A stretch of 64,000 bases of DNA from Callorhinchus milii (Eukaryota): the NCBI RefSeq assembly GCF_018977255.1, contig NW_024704743.1, positions 101,124,001 through 101,188,000 of the forward strand, read 5' to 3'. A program made the translations under genes and the position numbers. The first letter of the stretch is position 1. Each line of letters opens with the position of its first letter. Positions 13,175-27,479 of the stretch are shown here, piece by piece. The notes under the pieces are model-generated. The model was given only the letters and a program-made list of their open reading frames with translations. It made no database searches and had not been told where the DNA came from.

Positions 13175-13872
13175 TTTAGAAAGTTGAGGGGTAATCTGAT
13201 TGAGGTTTTTAAAATAATAAAGGGATTTGATAGGGTAGATACAGATAGATTATTTTCTCTGGTGGAGGAATCCAGAACAAGGGAGCGTAATCTTAAAATT
13301 AGAGCTAGGTCATTTAGGAGTGAAATCAGGAGGAAGTTTTTCACCCAAACTGTAGTGGAAATCTGGAACTCTCTCCCCTAAAAGGCTGTGGATAATAATA
13401 ATAATCCTTGCATTTGATACAGCGCTTTTCACATCTTCTCGACGTCTCAAAGCGCTTCACAGAATAGACTGTAAAGTGAATTGACCGTATATTTGTGGGC
13501 GGAACGCGGCAGCCAATTGCGCACAGCAGTGTCCCACAAACAGTCGTGGATTGAAAATGCCCAATGTATTATTCTTTTGGAGGGGATTATTATTGGGCGT
13601 GTGGAGTAAGGAAACTTGCCCAAGGTTTCACTCTGCCTGGAATTGAACCCAGGTGTCTCGCTTGCAAAGCGAGTGCTCTAACCATGGATGCTGTATATGG
13701 ATGCTGGATCCATTCACATTTTCAAGACTGAGGTGGATAGATATTTGTTATGTCAGGGTATCAAGAGATACAGGGCAAGGATGGGTAATTGGAGTTGAGG
13801 TATAGATCAGCCATGATCTTATAGAATGCGGAACAAGCTCGAGGGGCTGAATGGCCTACTCCTGTTTCTATG
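13175..13872 (+). mobile_element. CR1-clade LINE 3' fragment interrupted by a SINE
   Basis: RGNLIEVFKIIKGFDRVD...FFTQTVVEIWNSLP. It resumes after 13685 and ends in the same CR1 3' UTR. Confidence 0.9.
13393..13684 (-). mobile_element. SINE of the same family (slightly 5'-truncated), nested in CR1
   Basis: Highly similar to 6658-6976. Confidence 0.9.
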
Positions 13873-15064
13873 AAGACTAATTTGCCTAAATCTTCCAGGA
13901 ATTAACTAAACTCGTGAACAAGAAGCTATGAAAAAGATTATACAATCATCTGGTGGTGGAGATGAATACACTAATAATCCTTGCATTCGATATGGTGCCT
14001 TTTGAGTCAGGAAGATGTCTCATTGCTTCACAGAATTTAAGTGTTGTGACATTGTATTTTGTGGATAAGGTCACCGGCCTCCTGCTCATCCCTTGCACTC
14101 TCCGCCCACCATCGGAGGTTGCACTTTCAGCCACTACGCCACAAAACTCTGGAACACTCTTCTCAATCCCTCCACCTTGCCCCCTCTCTCCCCTTTTTCA
14201 AGTCACGCCTGAAAACCTTCCTCTTCGACCATGCTTACAGCCACCTCCTCTCCTCCACCCCAGCTCGGAATTAGGCACCGCCACTGTTAAGAGCTCTGAG
14301 ACGCTACCCTACGTGGAGGGTGCTATATAAGTGCAAGTTGTTGTAGCAAGTGCAATAGACATTTAATACAGTATTTTCATTCCATTCCTTCATGTTTCAA
14401 GCACCTAATTTCTAGCATTTTTAAAAAAATACAAGGCAACCAAAAAGCAGGGCAGGAAATTACTATCAACTCAAGTGCACTAAGCCCAGAAATATCTTGC
14501 AGTAAGCCAAATGAATGATGTATGGTTCTTAACTGAAACATTACAGGATTGTTACAGAATAAAATTCACAACTTTGAATGTTTTGCAAGGTTCACTGGTT
14601 CAACAAACAATTGTATCACTGTGTACCTGAAAAACCATACAAGGCATTCCTAGTTCTAATTGTATTCATTTTTCTACTTGAGTATTTATTGAAATAAAAA
14701 TATTTTGCTACGATTCTATTTTAATGTGGAATGGCTTACTAAATACCAACAAAATTAGACTAAACAAGTGACAAACCTCAACCAGGTTTAGCATGATGGC
14801 ACAGGATCAATGCTCTATCCACTTAAGGTAATTGAATTATATTCAACCTCCATCTTTCACCTTCTGAGGTATACATGAAATTGCCCATGAAATTGCTGTG
14901 GCATTGTTCTGACCCATACAGACAAATAATGTCACAGCCAGATGGCAAAGACATTACAATTGGTAACTATCTGTGGCAGAAGGAGCCTGGTCAGAATTCT
15001 CCCTTTTAATCATCATCAACTGCTAGAAGGTCACGTGTGATCATGAGGCAAAGACATGATTGAA

Positions 15065-15650
15065 TAATAAATAATCCTTGCATTTGAAGTAGTGCCTTAT
15101 CACATCTTCAAGACGTCTCAAAGCACTTCACAGTGAATTGACTGCATATTGACTGTGTATTTTGTGGGCAAAACGCGGCAGCCAATTGCGTACAGCAGTA
15201 TGATTGGGCTCATCTGCAATGTTTTTCCACTCCATATATTCAAATAGAAAAGCGCTCACGGTGGAGAACGATCCATAAGACCATACGAAAAGTACTTCAG
15301 AGTTTTCTGTAAAGTGTAGCAACTGTACATTTGTAGTAGAACGTGATAGCCAGTTTGTACACAGCAATATCCCACAAAGAGCCATGAGGTAAAGGACCAA
15401 TTATTTGGAGGAAGGCACAGAGAAACTTCCTTCTCTTTTTGAAGGGTAATGGGATATTGACATCTACCAGAAAATTTTTCTCTGTTTTATGTCTTATCTG
15501 AAAAATAGCATCTCTATCAATGCAGCGCTCCTCAAATACTACATTGTCGTGTTAGCCAAGACCACAGGCACAAAGTCCTAACTTGGGGCTTGAACCCACA
15601 AATCTTCTGACTCCGAGATGCTACCAACTGCAGCATCTGAGTTAGGCTGA
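15065..15650 (-). mobile_element. Older DeuSINE (SacSINE1-like) copy; similar decayed copies at about 35875-36278, 46720-47160 and 35239-35400
   Basis: Different tRNA-like head (minus strand cagttggtagc...cagaagatttgtgggttcaagcccca) with the same Deu-like core and tail. Family name from recall. Confidence 0.65.
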
Positions 15651-17884
15651 CATCTATACATCCATCAGCAAAACCAAACAAGATTACACTATAAAGCTTG
15701 AGATGGTCATGAACATTTTCTGCAGTCTTTTTCAGATCTTAAAGGTGCTTTCACTCTTCTGTCCTTTCTACCCAAAGTAACAGAACAGTGAAAGCAGTAT
15801 TTGAATGTAATTGGTGTTACTCCAATTGGTATGAAAGGTTTCAGAATTCATTCTTAATGATGCCACTCATGCTTAATGCTCCTTGAATTCTGCCCAACTC
15901 CCAGAGCATTTTAAAATCAGTCTGAAACATCCCGAGCCAATTATCTCTGCTCGTAACTCCGTAGTCCATAATTAAAAGCCAATAAAAGTTAGCATTATTG
16001 AAAAAAAACATGAACAGATATGTTTCCACAGGTCTAGTAGTCATTCATCCTTGCCCTGAGAAGTTTCTTCAAATATTCTGTAACTTCTCCTGTTCATTCC
16101 TGGTTCAGTTGCTGAGAAGCTGATCACTTTGGTTCTTTTCATCTCTGACTGTAACCCTGATCACCTGTCAAAGAAACTTGTTTCATGGCCAGATTCTGTT
16201 CTACCACAAAGAATAGCATCTCATTCCATCCCCCCTTATCTGCTGGATGCTCAGCTCCAACAATCAAATAAGGTCCTTCATTTTCTTCTTTCAATTTCCC
16301 CAAAGATAGTTTCATCATAGCTTGTGCATATTTATCCAACAGCTATCATTTCTTACCATCATGGATGGCCCCATTTCTTCTTTCTTCATCTATTATGATG
16401 CTTCCCACCTAGTTTTGACATCACACAGAATTCTCACATGTGCTCAAATCTTAATGCAGCATCCAAAAAGCTTGGATTCATACCAAGCATATTTTCTCAT
16501 CAATATAACGTAACACTATCAAGGCCATGTTCATCCAAAACAAGGAATACAGTTCTTATATCTGGGCATCTCAAAACTTATATCACTGTCTCAAACTCTC
16601 ACTCATTCTCTCCCAGGTCATTGAGATTTTGCAATCTTGAGTCTTTCCCAACACTAACCTGTTCGACTTCTCATTATGGTTTCCAGCCTTACTGCTGTTA
16701 CTAGATTATGAGCCTCGGCTATTCATCTAGATTCTCAATTTTTATTTTTTGCATTGTAGAATCATATACTGCATGCTCAACATTGTTAAAATAATTATGG
16801 TTGCTATCTGGGCAACTTGTAAGAATCAGAATTAGATGCAAGTAGTCCTTTGTAAATAATACACTTTTGAAAAAACACAATGTATCCCTGTGATGCACTG
16901 GATCTAGAAGCACATATGCTAAGCAGAGATACTGCAGTATTTGGTTGCTTAAAATGAATCACTTAAAATAAATCCTTGCCTTTGGCATAGCACCTTTCAT
17001 TATCAGAAGGACATTTCAAAGTCCTTCACAGGATATACCAGAAACAACAAAATCAAAATTACATTTGTATAACACCTTTCATGTCAAGATGGCATCCCAA
17101 AAAAGTGTGGTGTATTTTGTGGGCAAACATGGTGGCATTTTGCACAAGGCAGTATCCTACAAATAGTCTTGATGTGTCTACAAAATAGAAGAGAGAACAC
17201 CCCAAGAGAATTTACCTAAAACAAGTCGGTCTGACACGTTTCACCCACAAAATACAGTCAAATCTGCTTTACAGTATATTCTGTGAAGCGCTTGGAGACG
17301 TGATAAGTCACTATATGAAATGCAAGGATTATTATTATTATTACTACTACTACTACTATAGAATGAGTTTTTAATTTCCTTTCTAAAGATAGTTTAATTT
17401 AAAAATATTCAGTTATGGCAAATATTATTTTGTAAAATAACAAGGATAAATGATTTCAAGCAGGTTGAAGATGACTGAAGTAATCTACACATGTGTGCAA
17501 TTCATGGGCAGTGAATTAACTTTGATTAATTATTTAAACATACATCAGCAATCTGAAAAGCCTGGCAAAATGCTTGCAGAATGCTGAAACTCTTTCTGCC
17601 AACATCAGAATAAATCCTTTCTGGAAATAAGAAATGTCGCAGTTCATTAATCTTCATCGAGCTTTTCAGATATGACAAGTGGACTTAAAGATTGCAACAC
17701 ACCCTTTATTTAATTCCCATGTAGTACCTTGCTTGAAGTGAAAAAGCTAGTTTTTATCAATCCAAAAAATATATACTGTACAAAATGGAAGCAGAAGCCA
17801 CAAATGGAACATGTGTTAGAGGACGTTGTCAATAGACATAATTCAATACAACATGGATGGCTCCATTATAACTATTCGGAACAT

Positions 17885-18172
17885 AAAGTGAATTGACTGG
17901 GTACTCTGTGGGCGAAACGTGGCAGTCAATTGCGCACAGCAGTGTCCTATAAACAGTTATAAACAGTGACCAAGTTATTATTATAACAAAGGGATTATTA
18001 CCCTCGGAAAAGCGATCCCCCAATTGACCTACAACCGGGTTCCTATGTACTGGTAGGTAAACACAGGTGTGTGGAGTGAAGAAACTTGCCCAACATTTCG
18101 CCCTGCTGGGAATCAAACCCAGGTACTCTCGCTTGCGAGTCGAGTGCTCTAAGCTCTAAGTTATGGGACTCC
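17885..18172 (-). mobile_element. SINE long variant lacking the tail
   Basis: Collinear with 44470-44752. Confidence 0.85.
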
Positions 18173-21100
18173 ATATTATCCATCTTAACTAAATCCCAGA
18201 AAACATGCTTCACATTCAGTAACCATTATCTCAGCTCTTTCCATTAAATATTGAAACCTATAAACATTTACAACACAATGATGTTACACATGGATCAATT
18301 TCTAATGCCTACTTTTTTTTTATTACCATCCTAAGCTTCATCTTTAAGAATGTATTGTGGTCTTGCAGATGTGTTCCATCCCTCAAGCCAGGTTTTCAAC
18401 CAATCAAATATAATGAAAGCATAAACGGGCTATTTAAAAGACAGACAATATTTCAAAATAGAGTAATACACTAATAAAAGTAATAACCAATAACAGCTGC
18501 ACAGATTCACCTTTAACCAATTGCTCTAACATCAGCAGTGCAAACAGAAATTCTTGAATGTTATGGCACTTATTAAGAAAAGCAATTGAAAATTACCACA
18601 TAAAGCATAATGCATACCTGGGGAGCTCTTGTTGCAACATCGTACAAGATCACAATATTGGTTTGAATGAAGAAGGCTCTTTGGCCCTTCTGATCTCAGA
18701 ATACTCACGCATCACATCATCAAACTGCTTTTTAAATGAAAAATCCTTAGATCTTGAGTTTCTATCATAGCCTTTAATCTACTAGATATACCGCAAGATA
18801 TTTAACTGAGGTTCTGCCCGTTCAGGTGAATGGATATTAAACATCTCATGGCACAATTTGAAAAGAAAATATAGGTTCTTCTGGTGTCCTGGGCGACAAT
18901 CGCTAAATGAAAGTAATCATCGCTTCATGGCTACTTGTGGGTCAATGCTCTATGCAAAATGACTGTTTCATTCAAATACACTTCACAGTAAATCATCTGA
19001 AGCACTTTGGGAAGTTGCCAACAGGGTAAAGAGCTATAACAATTGCAATTATTCTAATATTTGCAGACCTTTCCAGCCTATTAAGTGATGTTCAGTACCT
19101 GTCCAAATAACATTTCGGGGTGAAAATGCGATTTGTGATGTGTTAATATTGACTGATGATAAATAGGGTCAATAAGTCCAGATGATGGTGAAAGATGATG
19201 TGATCCTCTCTCCCCACTCCACCTTCACCCCAGCACGAACATAATGATTGAGTCTGAAGCCAACTCCCCATCAAGCAGTTTGTTTTTCTTTGGTGTGGGT
19301 TCTTGTTGGAAGCAATATCTTTTGATTAGGGTGAATACTGAATTTAGGTTAACCACTATTTTGGTATTCATTTTCTCCTTACCACAGCCCATGTTAAGTG
19401 GATTTTCACAACCACTCACATTTCAGTGAGTGTGTGAAATTTCCATTCTATTCTAAAACCACATTTTTNAAAAAAATACACCAATTCGGCAATTACAGAA
19501 TTAACCCAAATTTGAGTCTTGTCCAGAAAAGCATGTGCTTCAACAGAAGGGGAACAGTAAGCAGCTGTGTCAGGTAACTCTTTATTTAAAGACAGAAAGA
19601 GGGAAATCTGAAAAAAGGTGAAGAAAACACACCCTTGTGCCCTAACAGAGAAGAGAGACAGAGCGATGACCGCAAACTTACAGAGCAAAAGAAACAAAGG
19701 AACTTGTATTTTTATAGTGTCTTTTTTCAAAATGTCTCAAAAAATGACTGTCAAGTATAGTGAAATTTGGCCTAAATATGCATACCACACTCTATTGCTA
19801 ATGGTTTTGGTTCAATCATTAGTAGTTGTTGAGGTGGGATTAATCTGAAGCGATGAATTATGAACATCACACAAAGCGTATATTGCACAACATTAAAGCA
19901 CAATTTTTAATAATGAATATTAACAGTGGGAAGGGAGAGGGTCAAAGTTGTGCTATTCCTAAATGTATTCCATTCCTTACTATTGCCAGTGATAATTAAG
20001 GAACAGTACAGAAATTGAAGCTAAAAACATTATTTTAAACTTGACAGATCTGAGACTGAACAAACCCTGACTTTGGGAAAATTAATTGTCCCTTGGGCTT
20101 CTCGTAGTCAATTTGGCATCTTTTCTCATTTTGATTGCCACAGAATATTGGATTTCCAGCTGCTAGAAAAGCTTTTTTTAAAAAAAATGTAAATTAAGCA
20201 TCTAGCCCATTCTCTCCGAAATCCGGGGTAGGACCTTGCAGGCATAAATGGCTGTGACATTTATCTACAAACAGTTACAATGCCTGACAGTAATTATATG
20301 ACACATATCAAAATAAGGCACTATAAAATTGCAAGTTCATTTGTTTATTTTGCTCTGTCAATTTTTGTCCATTTTTCTCCTACGTTAGGGTAAAAGGCAG
20401 TGATTTATTTACTTTGTTTCATGTGCTTCTTTTTGTCTTTAAAGAAAGAGCTACCTGACAGAGCTGCTGACTGCCAAGCGGCCCTTCTTTATGCTCAAAC
20501 TTGAGCTATTTACACCTCATATTTGGCATCCAAAATTGAACGTGTGGATTTGCAGGACATATCTCCTGTCAATCTGTTTTTCTTTCAATGAAAACAAATT
20601 CAGCTCTGTGAGTGCCTCTGCGCAAGTTTTAATGATCCACTTTATCCCATAATATGTGCATTCTTGGGTCAGTATATTTACTGACAGCCAGATAATAATA
20701 TATGCTTATTATCTGCCAGGGTCAGCAAATCTACCAGTAGGAGAATCATTTCTCTCCTTGCTGCCTCCTTATATTAAAGGTCTAGTTTAAGCAAGCACTT
20801 TCAGATTTGATGCATTGTTTTGTTACTGGTAAAGTTACCACATAAAATTTATGCTTGTTACTTCACTGAAAAAAATCTTTTGTGAAAATATTGGTACTTA
20901 ACGAATTGAAAAAGAAAATATCTACCATTTACTTTCACAAACATTTACAGTAGCATTACCTATGTAAAGACATTTAAATATATGTGGGTAGGATGTGGAG
21001 GAGTGGGGAAACGGGATTAAAAATACAAGAGCAGGTTCGATGGCCCGAATACAATATTCCTGTTCCCGAACCAGCACACATGGTGCAGTTATAAAGCACC

Positions 21101-22947
21101 CTGTGCTTCAAAGCACTTTAACTGATATTTGAGCATTGCATTTTTAAAATGTTGTTGAAAATTAAATTATATTTCTGCAACAAGCACATTATGCTGCAAT
21201 AAAGCTTAGTTAAATTCCTAACTCCCATACAGTATATCTTGAATGGATTAATTCCCTCACCGTTTTCGGTTTGAAGTTAAGACAACTCTGATTCTGTGAT
21301 TCTTTCTCCAGTAGGTACTAAGAAGTCAGTTTGACTCTCATATTTCCCTCTCGGCAAAAAACATCGGGGGTGGGATTGGATCAAGCAATTCTGTCAGCCA
21401 GCTTGATGTGAAATCAGCACTTAAGGACACTATCCTGCATAAAGTGTACCATTATATATGCAAGTTCTTGTTGAATCTCTTGCTTTGCAACCAACTCTAA
21501 CATCTAGCAATGAAGTTTCTATTCTAAACCAGCAAAACTAATAACCAAATCCTGTTTGGGCTGCTCACTATGAAGTGTATAGATTGTGAATGTGGCGGTT
21601 ATTCTCCAATTACATTACACATTGTAGGGGCTAATCTCCTATCATCAGTGCACAGCATCGTGTTTGATAATTAATCAGAGTGTAGAATAATACAAGCTCA
21701 CCAAGTTCAGTAAATGAATTGACAGGAAGAGATTCACCCAGAGTGTCCACAAAGGCACAGGTTACATCCGACCTTAAGCCCTACCAACCTGTTGGGCAGG
21801 CTCGCTCCTTCTGCTTCGTAGGCCCTGATCTAGTTCACATCCCCTGCTGTGCCCACCCCACCATGCACAGTTGGGCTTTCAGCATATCCGTCTCCACTCT
21901 CTGGAACTCTCGCCTGGAGTCCCTTCACCTTGCCTCCTTCAATGTCCGTTTCAAACCTCCTCTTTGACCACTTCTTCAGTCATCTTCCCCCATCCAACCC
22001 CTACCCCCCTTGGCCCCCAACCCTTCCCAATGCCAACCTGTAGATCAGGTGCAAACCCTCAACTGTCAACTTTAGAAGTCATCCTGACATGACAGGTGCT
22101 ATATAAGTGCAATTTGTTATTGTTGTAAAGCTCTGTCTGTGGCCTACCATTAATATACAGTCATTTCCTGGTTCAACACTTTACTATTCCTGCAAACGTA
22201 AACTGGACGACAACTGAATTTACTGCTGCAAGTTAATAAGCTTTTATTAAATTACTCCTTAAAGGTGAGATTATGTAGCTATAAATTTTAAAGTCAGAGA
22301 CACAACAGCATTGAGCCCTCACTGCAATTAATCTTGGAGACGTAAGAATTGTGCAGTAGTTACAAGGAGCCAATGAACAGTGACTTACATTTACTCAGTT
22401 TAATGAAAATGTGTACAAGAGCCTTTCTTTACTTATTACAGCACATATTTTAAAATATGTTGGGTGCTTTTGAAAGGTAACTCGCATCTGTGCATATACC
22501 ATATTGAAGTATTTAGCTGAATGGATTTATTTTAGTTATGGCTGCTTCACGTCCCCCGCCTTGCCCTCCCCACCATTCAGCTTCTCTGCCCCCACTCTCT
22601 GGAACTCCATCCCACAGTCCCTCTGCCTCTCCCGCTCCCTTAACTCTTTCAAGACTCAAGACCCTCCTCTTCGACCATGGCTGCGGTCACCCTCTTACAT
22701 CTACCCTCTCCACCCTCCACCCCTCCTGATCCCAACCACCAGCTCAGGTGTGGATCTCTGACTATCCAGCGCCTTGGGACGTCCTCCTGACGTGAAAGGC
22801 GCTGTACAAATGTAATGTGTTGTTAAATATCTGAAATTATCTTTTATGGGGATAGGGAAAATTCACTACTCTAGCAGTATTTACGGTGCAGAACAGAAAC
22901 ATAAAAAAAATTGAAACTTTAGATATTAAAAAGGTATTAATACATAC

Positions 22948-23129
22948 CTTTAGTTCACTGCCAGGTAAGGTGCCCACTCCATTGTTCCATTCCATGGCAT
23001 CATATATATCAAAGTCCTTTCCATCTGTTGTGTTGCTCGTCTCGGGTTCTTCATCGATTCTTTCAATTTTGATTGGTGTCGTCTGCCACTCCTTTTCTTC
23101 AGACATCTTTCCTCCATCTGAATTGCTCA
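22948..23129 (-). CDS. L3MBTL4: L3MBTL-family exon (SNSDGGKMSEEKEWQTTPIKIERIDEEPETSNTTDGKDFDIYDAMEWNNGVGTLPGSELK)
   Basis: Pyrimidine tract plus cccag| acceptor, and aag|gtatgt donor (phase 0). FDIYDAMEWNNGVGTLPGSELK resembles the recalled L3MBTL3 N-terminus FDVFSVMDWKDGVGTLPGSDLK. An internal ATG at 23106 is an alternative start. Confidence 0.88.
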
Positions 23130-26100
23130 CTGGGATTGTGAAGGAACACAGAAAAAAATCATTACAAATTACTCACTTACACACACAAAAAAAAATCAGT
23201 CAGCTTCATAAAACAAAAAACACATAGAAATACTTATACTTTGCAACCTGTAAATGAATCATTCAGCCCAACCAGTTTGTGGCTCAGTTTGTGAGTATGT
23301 TTATACTCCACATGAGCCTCTATTCTTCCTAAACCCCTCTCCCTTAGTCTTCTATTCCTTTCTCCCACATGTAAAAAAAATTTTATTTCATGCTGTAAAA
23401 TTTTAATTTACCATTATATTTTAAATAAATGGGTTGATAACATGATAAACAAAAACTATCATCATTGAAGATAAGTATATTACAGTAAACACTGGAGTTG
23501 CTATGAGCTACAATCTCTAGATTAATTAATTGTGTGTTAATAATGAATAATAAGAATCGTTGCATTTGATATAGTGTTTTTTATATCAGAAGGATATCTT
23601 CAAGGACTTCACAGAATTCACTGTAAAGTGTAGTAAACATGTCAGCCAACCTGCGCACAGCAATATCTCACGAACAACCACAGAAAGAATGACTAATTTT
23701 CTGCAAATAATCTGATTACATAAATTGAGATTAAAGGATGAATTAGGTCACCACAAGTCATACTGTACATTTTTCTTATGTATTGAGAACGCTTGCCATA
23801 TCCACAATTACATACTGCAGTACAAAATCCAATACACACAAAAAAAATCAGAAAGGAATATTGCTGGTCATTAAAAGGTATGGTACAGTTCACAATCTAA
23901 AACACTAACCAAACCCATCAGTCTATAGCAACCTTGAAGTCAGGAGGATGTATCAAAGCACCTCAGTGGACTTACTGCAAAATGTATAGCGACTGGTTAT
24001 TTTGTCGGCAAATTTTCACCAAATTCTAAACATCATCAGCCTTTTTTAAAAAAAAGTGTAGAAAATTCCAATTCTAAAAATCCCCATATGTTGATTTGAT
24101 CTTCCACTTAATGGTCCAATTTTATGACATAAAATTGGAAAACCCTTCTACAGACACTGTTCCTCATTCACAAAATTGGAAACATTTTCTACAGCCCCTC
24201 TTCTTCCCCATTTACACATGTACGGGGAACATCACACTGTGAGTCAGAAGATAACAATAGAACAGTTGCTAAGCATTGACATGCTCAAGATTGTATTATT
24301 TCATAACATAATTAGGGGGTTAAGAACTGACTTGGTTATGTAACAGTTAACAGACCTGCAACAAAGTAATGTGTTGAAAATAAACTACTGTGTATATACT
24401 GCAATGAAAATCATCATTATTATTATGTATTCCACACAACTATAATACGGTATTTTAATAAACGGAATCAGTTGGGAATATGTTTAAATTGCTCCAGCTC
24501 CTTTAAAAGAAATAGGATCAATTCTTAGAATAAGTGATTGTCTCTGTATAAAATGGCAGCTGCGTATTTTTTTCCCAGTGCCTTTAGCAATTTTATTTTC
24601 AGAACGCGTTTCAACATTTCAATAAAACAGACACGGTGGATTTGTGCAAGGTAAAGAATTTCCTTGTAGAACAAATTTGGAAAGAAATTTCACCTGGGAC
24701 TAGATTTATTCTACGCTGCATTTTAGAGCATTCAGAATTTGGTAAGTGGTTAAAGTCAGGCTTAATTTTGAAGTTAGTTTTCTGGATATCTGGAAAAGAG
24801 TTTGCAGAAGATCATCTTCAAAATTCAAGCTGTATTTAACAAATTGCGAAATTCTGCATGCTCCTAAATACTACCTAAATTGAGTAAATTTTGGCCCTGG
24901 TGGAATTTCTCTCCACTAACTGGTAACAATGAGACCAAACTCTTTTCAGTCTGTTTTCAACCCAATTGCATATATTTTGTTGTGGTTTTCCCAGAATGGT
25001 AGAAGACAATGCTTCCCCTGTGCTTCCCTGAATAAGTTCTGATCTTAGTTGTTTCATTGAGAAAGGTGATGAGGCAGGGGCTAAGAGGAACAGAAAGAGC
25101 AGAAGAGAGACAGCAAGTAAAGCTCTGCAACTTTCCTTGCACTACTGGATAGCAAACAAAACCAGTGCAATTTAGGAGGTTCACAAAACTGGGTTAATTT
25201 TGTAAATCTCCCACCAATCATTTACTCATATCTACACCAACAACAAACAAGATCAATTTACATAGAACTCCTCTCGAGGGGTGGTGTTTCAGAGTAACTA
25301 TATTTGTGACAAACTGGAAACTGGTGACATGCCTATTTTCTTTGTCAAAAACTACTGTGCAAAGATGGATGAGCAATCCAAATGTATATTGTGATCAAAC
25401 TCAAACAATAAATAGTAAGAATCCTTGCTTTTGATATAGCATTCAAAATGCCTCGAAACACTCCACAGGATTCAATGTAAAGTATAGTGACTGTGTATTT
25501 GTAGGATATTAATTAGAGTTCCATGGTTTAATCTTTCATACAGGAAATGTTCCAATTTTAATACAAAAGATCACGGGGATCAAAAAAAAGTTCCCAGCCA
25601 TTGTTTGGTTCAAAAGAGAAACAGATACAACCAAGTTCAAAGTTCACAAGTTTAACTATTTTATGGCTGAAGGGGCTCAACTTTATTTTCTAGTTGTGTT
25701 TGCATCAAGGACGCAATTGTTTCAAAAACTGGGCGCAAAGTTGCAGATGTCATTTATGTGAATTTCCTGGTTTGAACAGATTACCCAAATCCTTTTACAC
25801 AAGTGTGATGGAATGTCTGTACACTGGATTGAAAATGGCCTTGCACACCACTGAAAGATTAAAGGAACATTTCTTTCTCAGTGCTGAAATAACTGACTTC
25901 AATTACATTTTGATACTCTACAGTTTGATTGAGATTTTAATAAACTAACAGTGCAGCATCACATGCATGCTATTCCCAGATGCCAGAGGGAGCTCCATTT
26001 ATCATCCAAAAATACAAATGCACGCAAAAATGTTTTTTTAATGGGGAATGGGGAGGGGGGTGAATGCATTGCATAATTTAAATGTCACATTTTAAAATTA

Positions 26101-27479
26101 GATAGCAGTGTAATTTGGCTTTGCCTCACAATGACAATACAATTCAGGACCAAATACTTTCGAAAGACAGATTAATATTGAACATATTTTTAGGAGCTAT
26201 TACTCGGAAAGCTAATACCACTAACAGTGTAATATCATTCCAATTATTTTATAATGGGTTTCAAATTAAATAAAGTGGGAGAAAAATACATCACAGGTGT
26301 AAATGCATTATGGATGAGTAAACTGCTTCCCATCAAATCAGAGCCAAAGAAAATCTGGGCCAAATCATTATTCCCTACTTCTAGCTAGAGGCAAAATGAA
26401 AGTTGACTCAGCTCCAAGTTTCCATTTGCCACAGGGTAAAAAAAAACTCTTATCTGAGCTTAAATCCTACCAAGGCTTTGATTGGGACACCAAGTCTTGG
26501 CTCTCACCAACTTGCAGCAAATACTTTCTACATTCATTTCAGATAACTCATTTTTATATAAATTGTATCACTCAATTGGCACAACTGTAAATAAAGAATT
26601 AGGATGAAAGCATTAAGTTGCCAAATAATCTCCATATACAGACTGCTGAAGCATTGCCAACATAGGTTGTTGGGGTACCTTTTTCCTATCATTAGATGTT
26701 CGTAGTAAGCTTTGGAAAAGGGCACAAAGTGGCATCTGTGGACAACACACAGTTTCACAATCTAGGATGACACTCCAGTACAATGCCTGGGGTGTGCTGC
26801 AAGTCTTCAGAAGAGACATTAAACTGAGCCTATTCAGATGAATCCCATGACTTCCTGCAATATTTCAAATGAGATTGTCATTGGAGCTATCATTTTGCTT
26901 CATAACTAACATCACTGCTGCCAATTTAAATACACAATGGAACAGTACACATTTTAGACAATCTCATAGCTCCACTGGGGGCATTATAATAATTATCCTT
27001 GCATTTGATACAGTGTCAAGAACATCTCAAAGCTTTTCACAAAGTTTCTGTGAAGTGTAATATTGTGTATTTGTTGGCAAACGTGGCAGGCAATTGGCAA
27101 ACAGCAATCTATCACAAGCAGCATGAACAATGAACAATTTATCTGAGGAATCGTTAGCCAGGATACTGGGAGAAACTCTGTGTTGTTTTTGAATAGATCT
27201 TTAATGCGTTGGCTCAAGGGACCCTGATCAGCTTCCAGAGGTTGGGCTGAAATCACGGCTGCCATTGAAGTCAATGAGCCTATTTCCTTATTTGTTGTTT
27301 CTATTCTTCAAATGCTTATCCACTTCACTTTTAAATAGTTTTATTGATTCAGCTTCAGTGTTCAGTTGTGGTCATAAATTCCACACCCTAATGACTCCTG
27401 AGTCAAGAAATGCTATTCCTTGCAGCAAAACGGAAAGTCATCATACATTTTGGGTAAAATACCTTTTAATGAAGACCTA

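Noticed and set aside
18618..18780. Exon-like segment with a cag|gtatgc donor in an L3MBTL intron
   Set aside because: The phase-0 reading stops before the donor, the acceptor is poor, and the flanking exons form a continuous conserved motif (GSELK|FRMNEFG).
19469..19469. Single N base
   Set aside because: Assembly ambiguity at a homopolymer junction, not biology.
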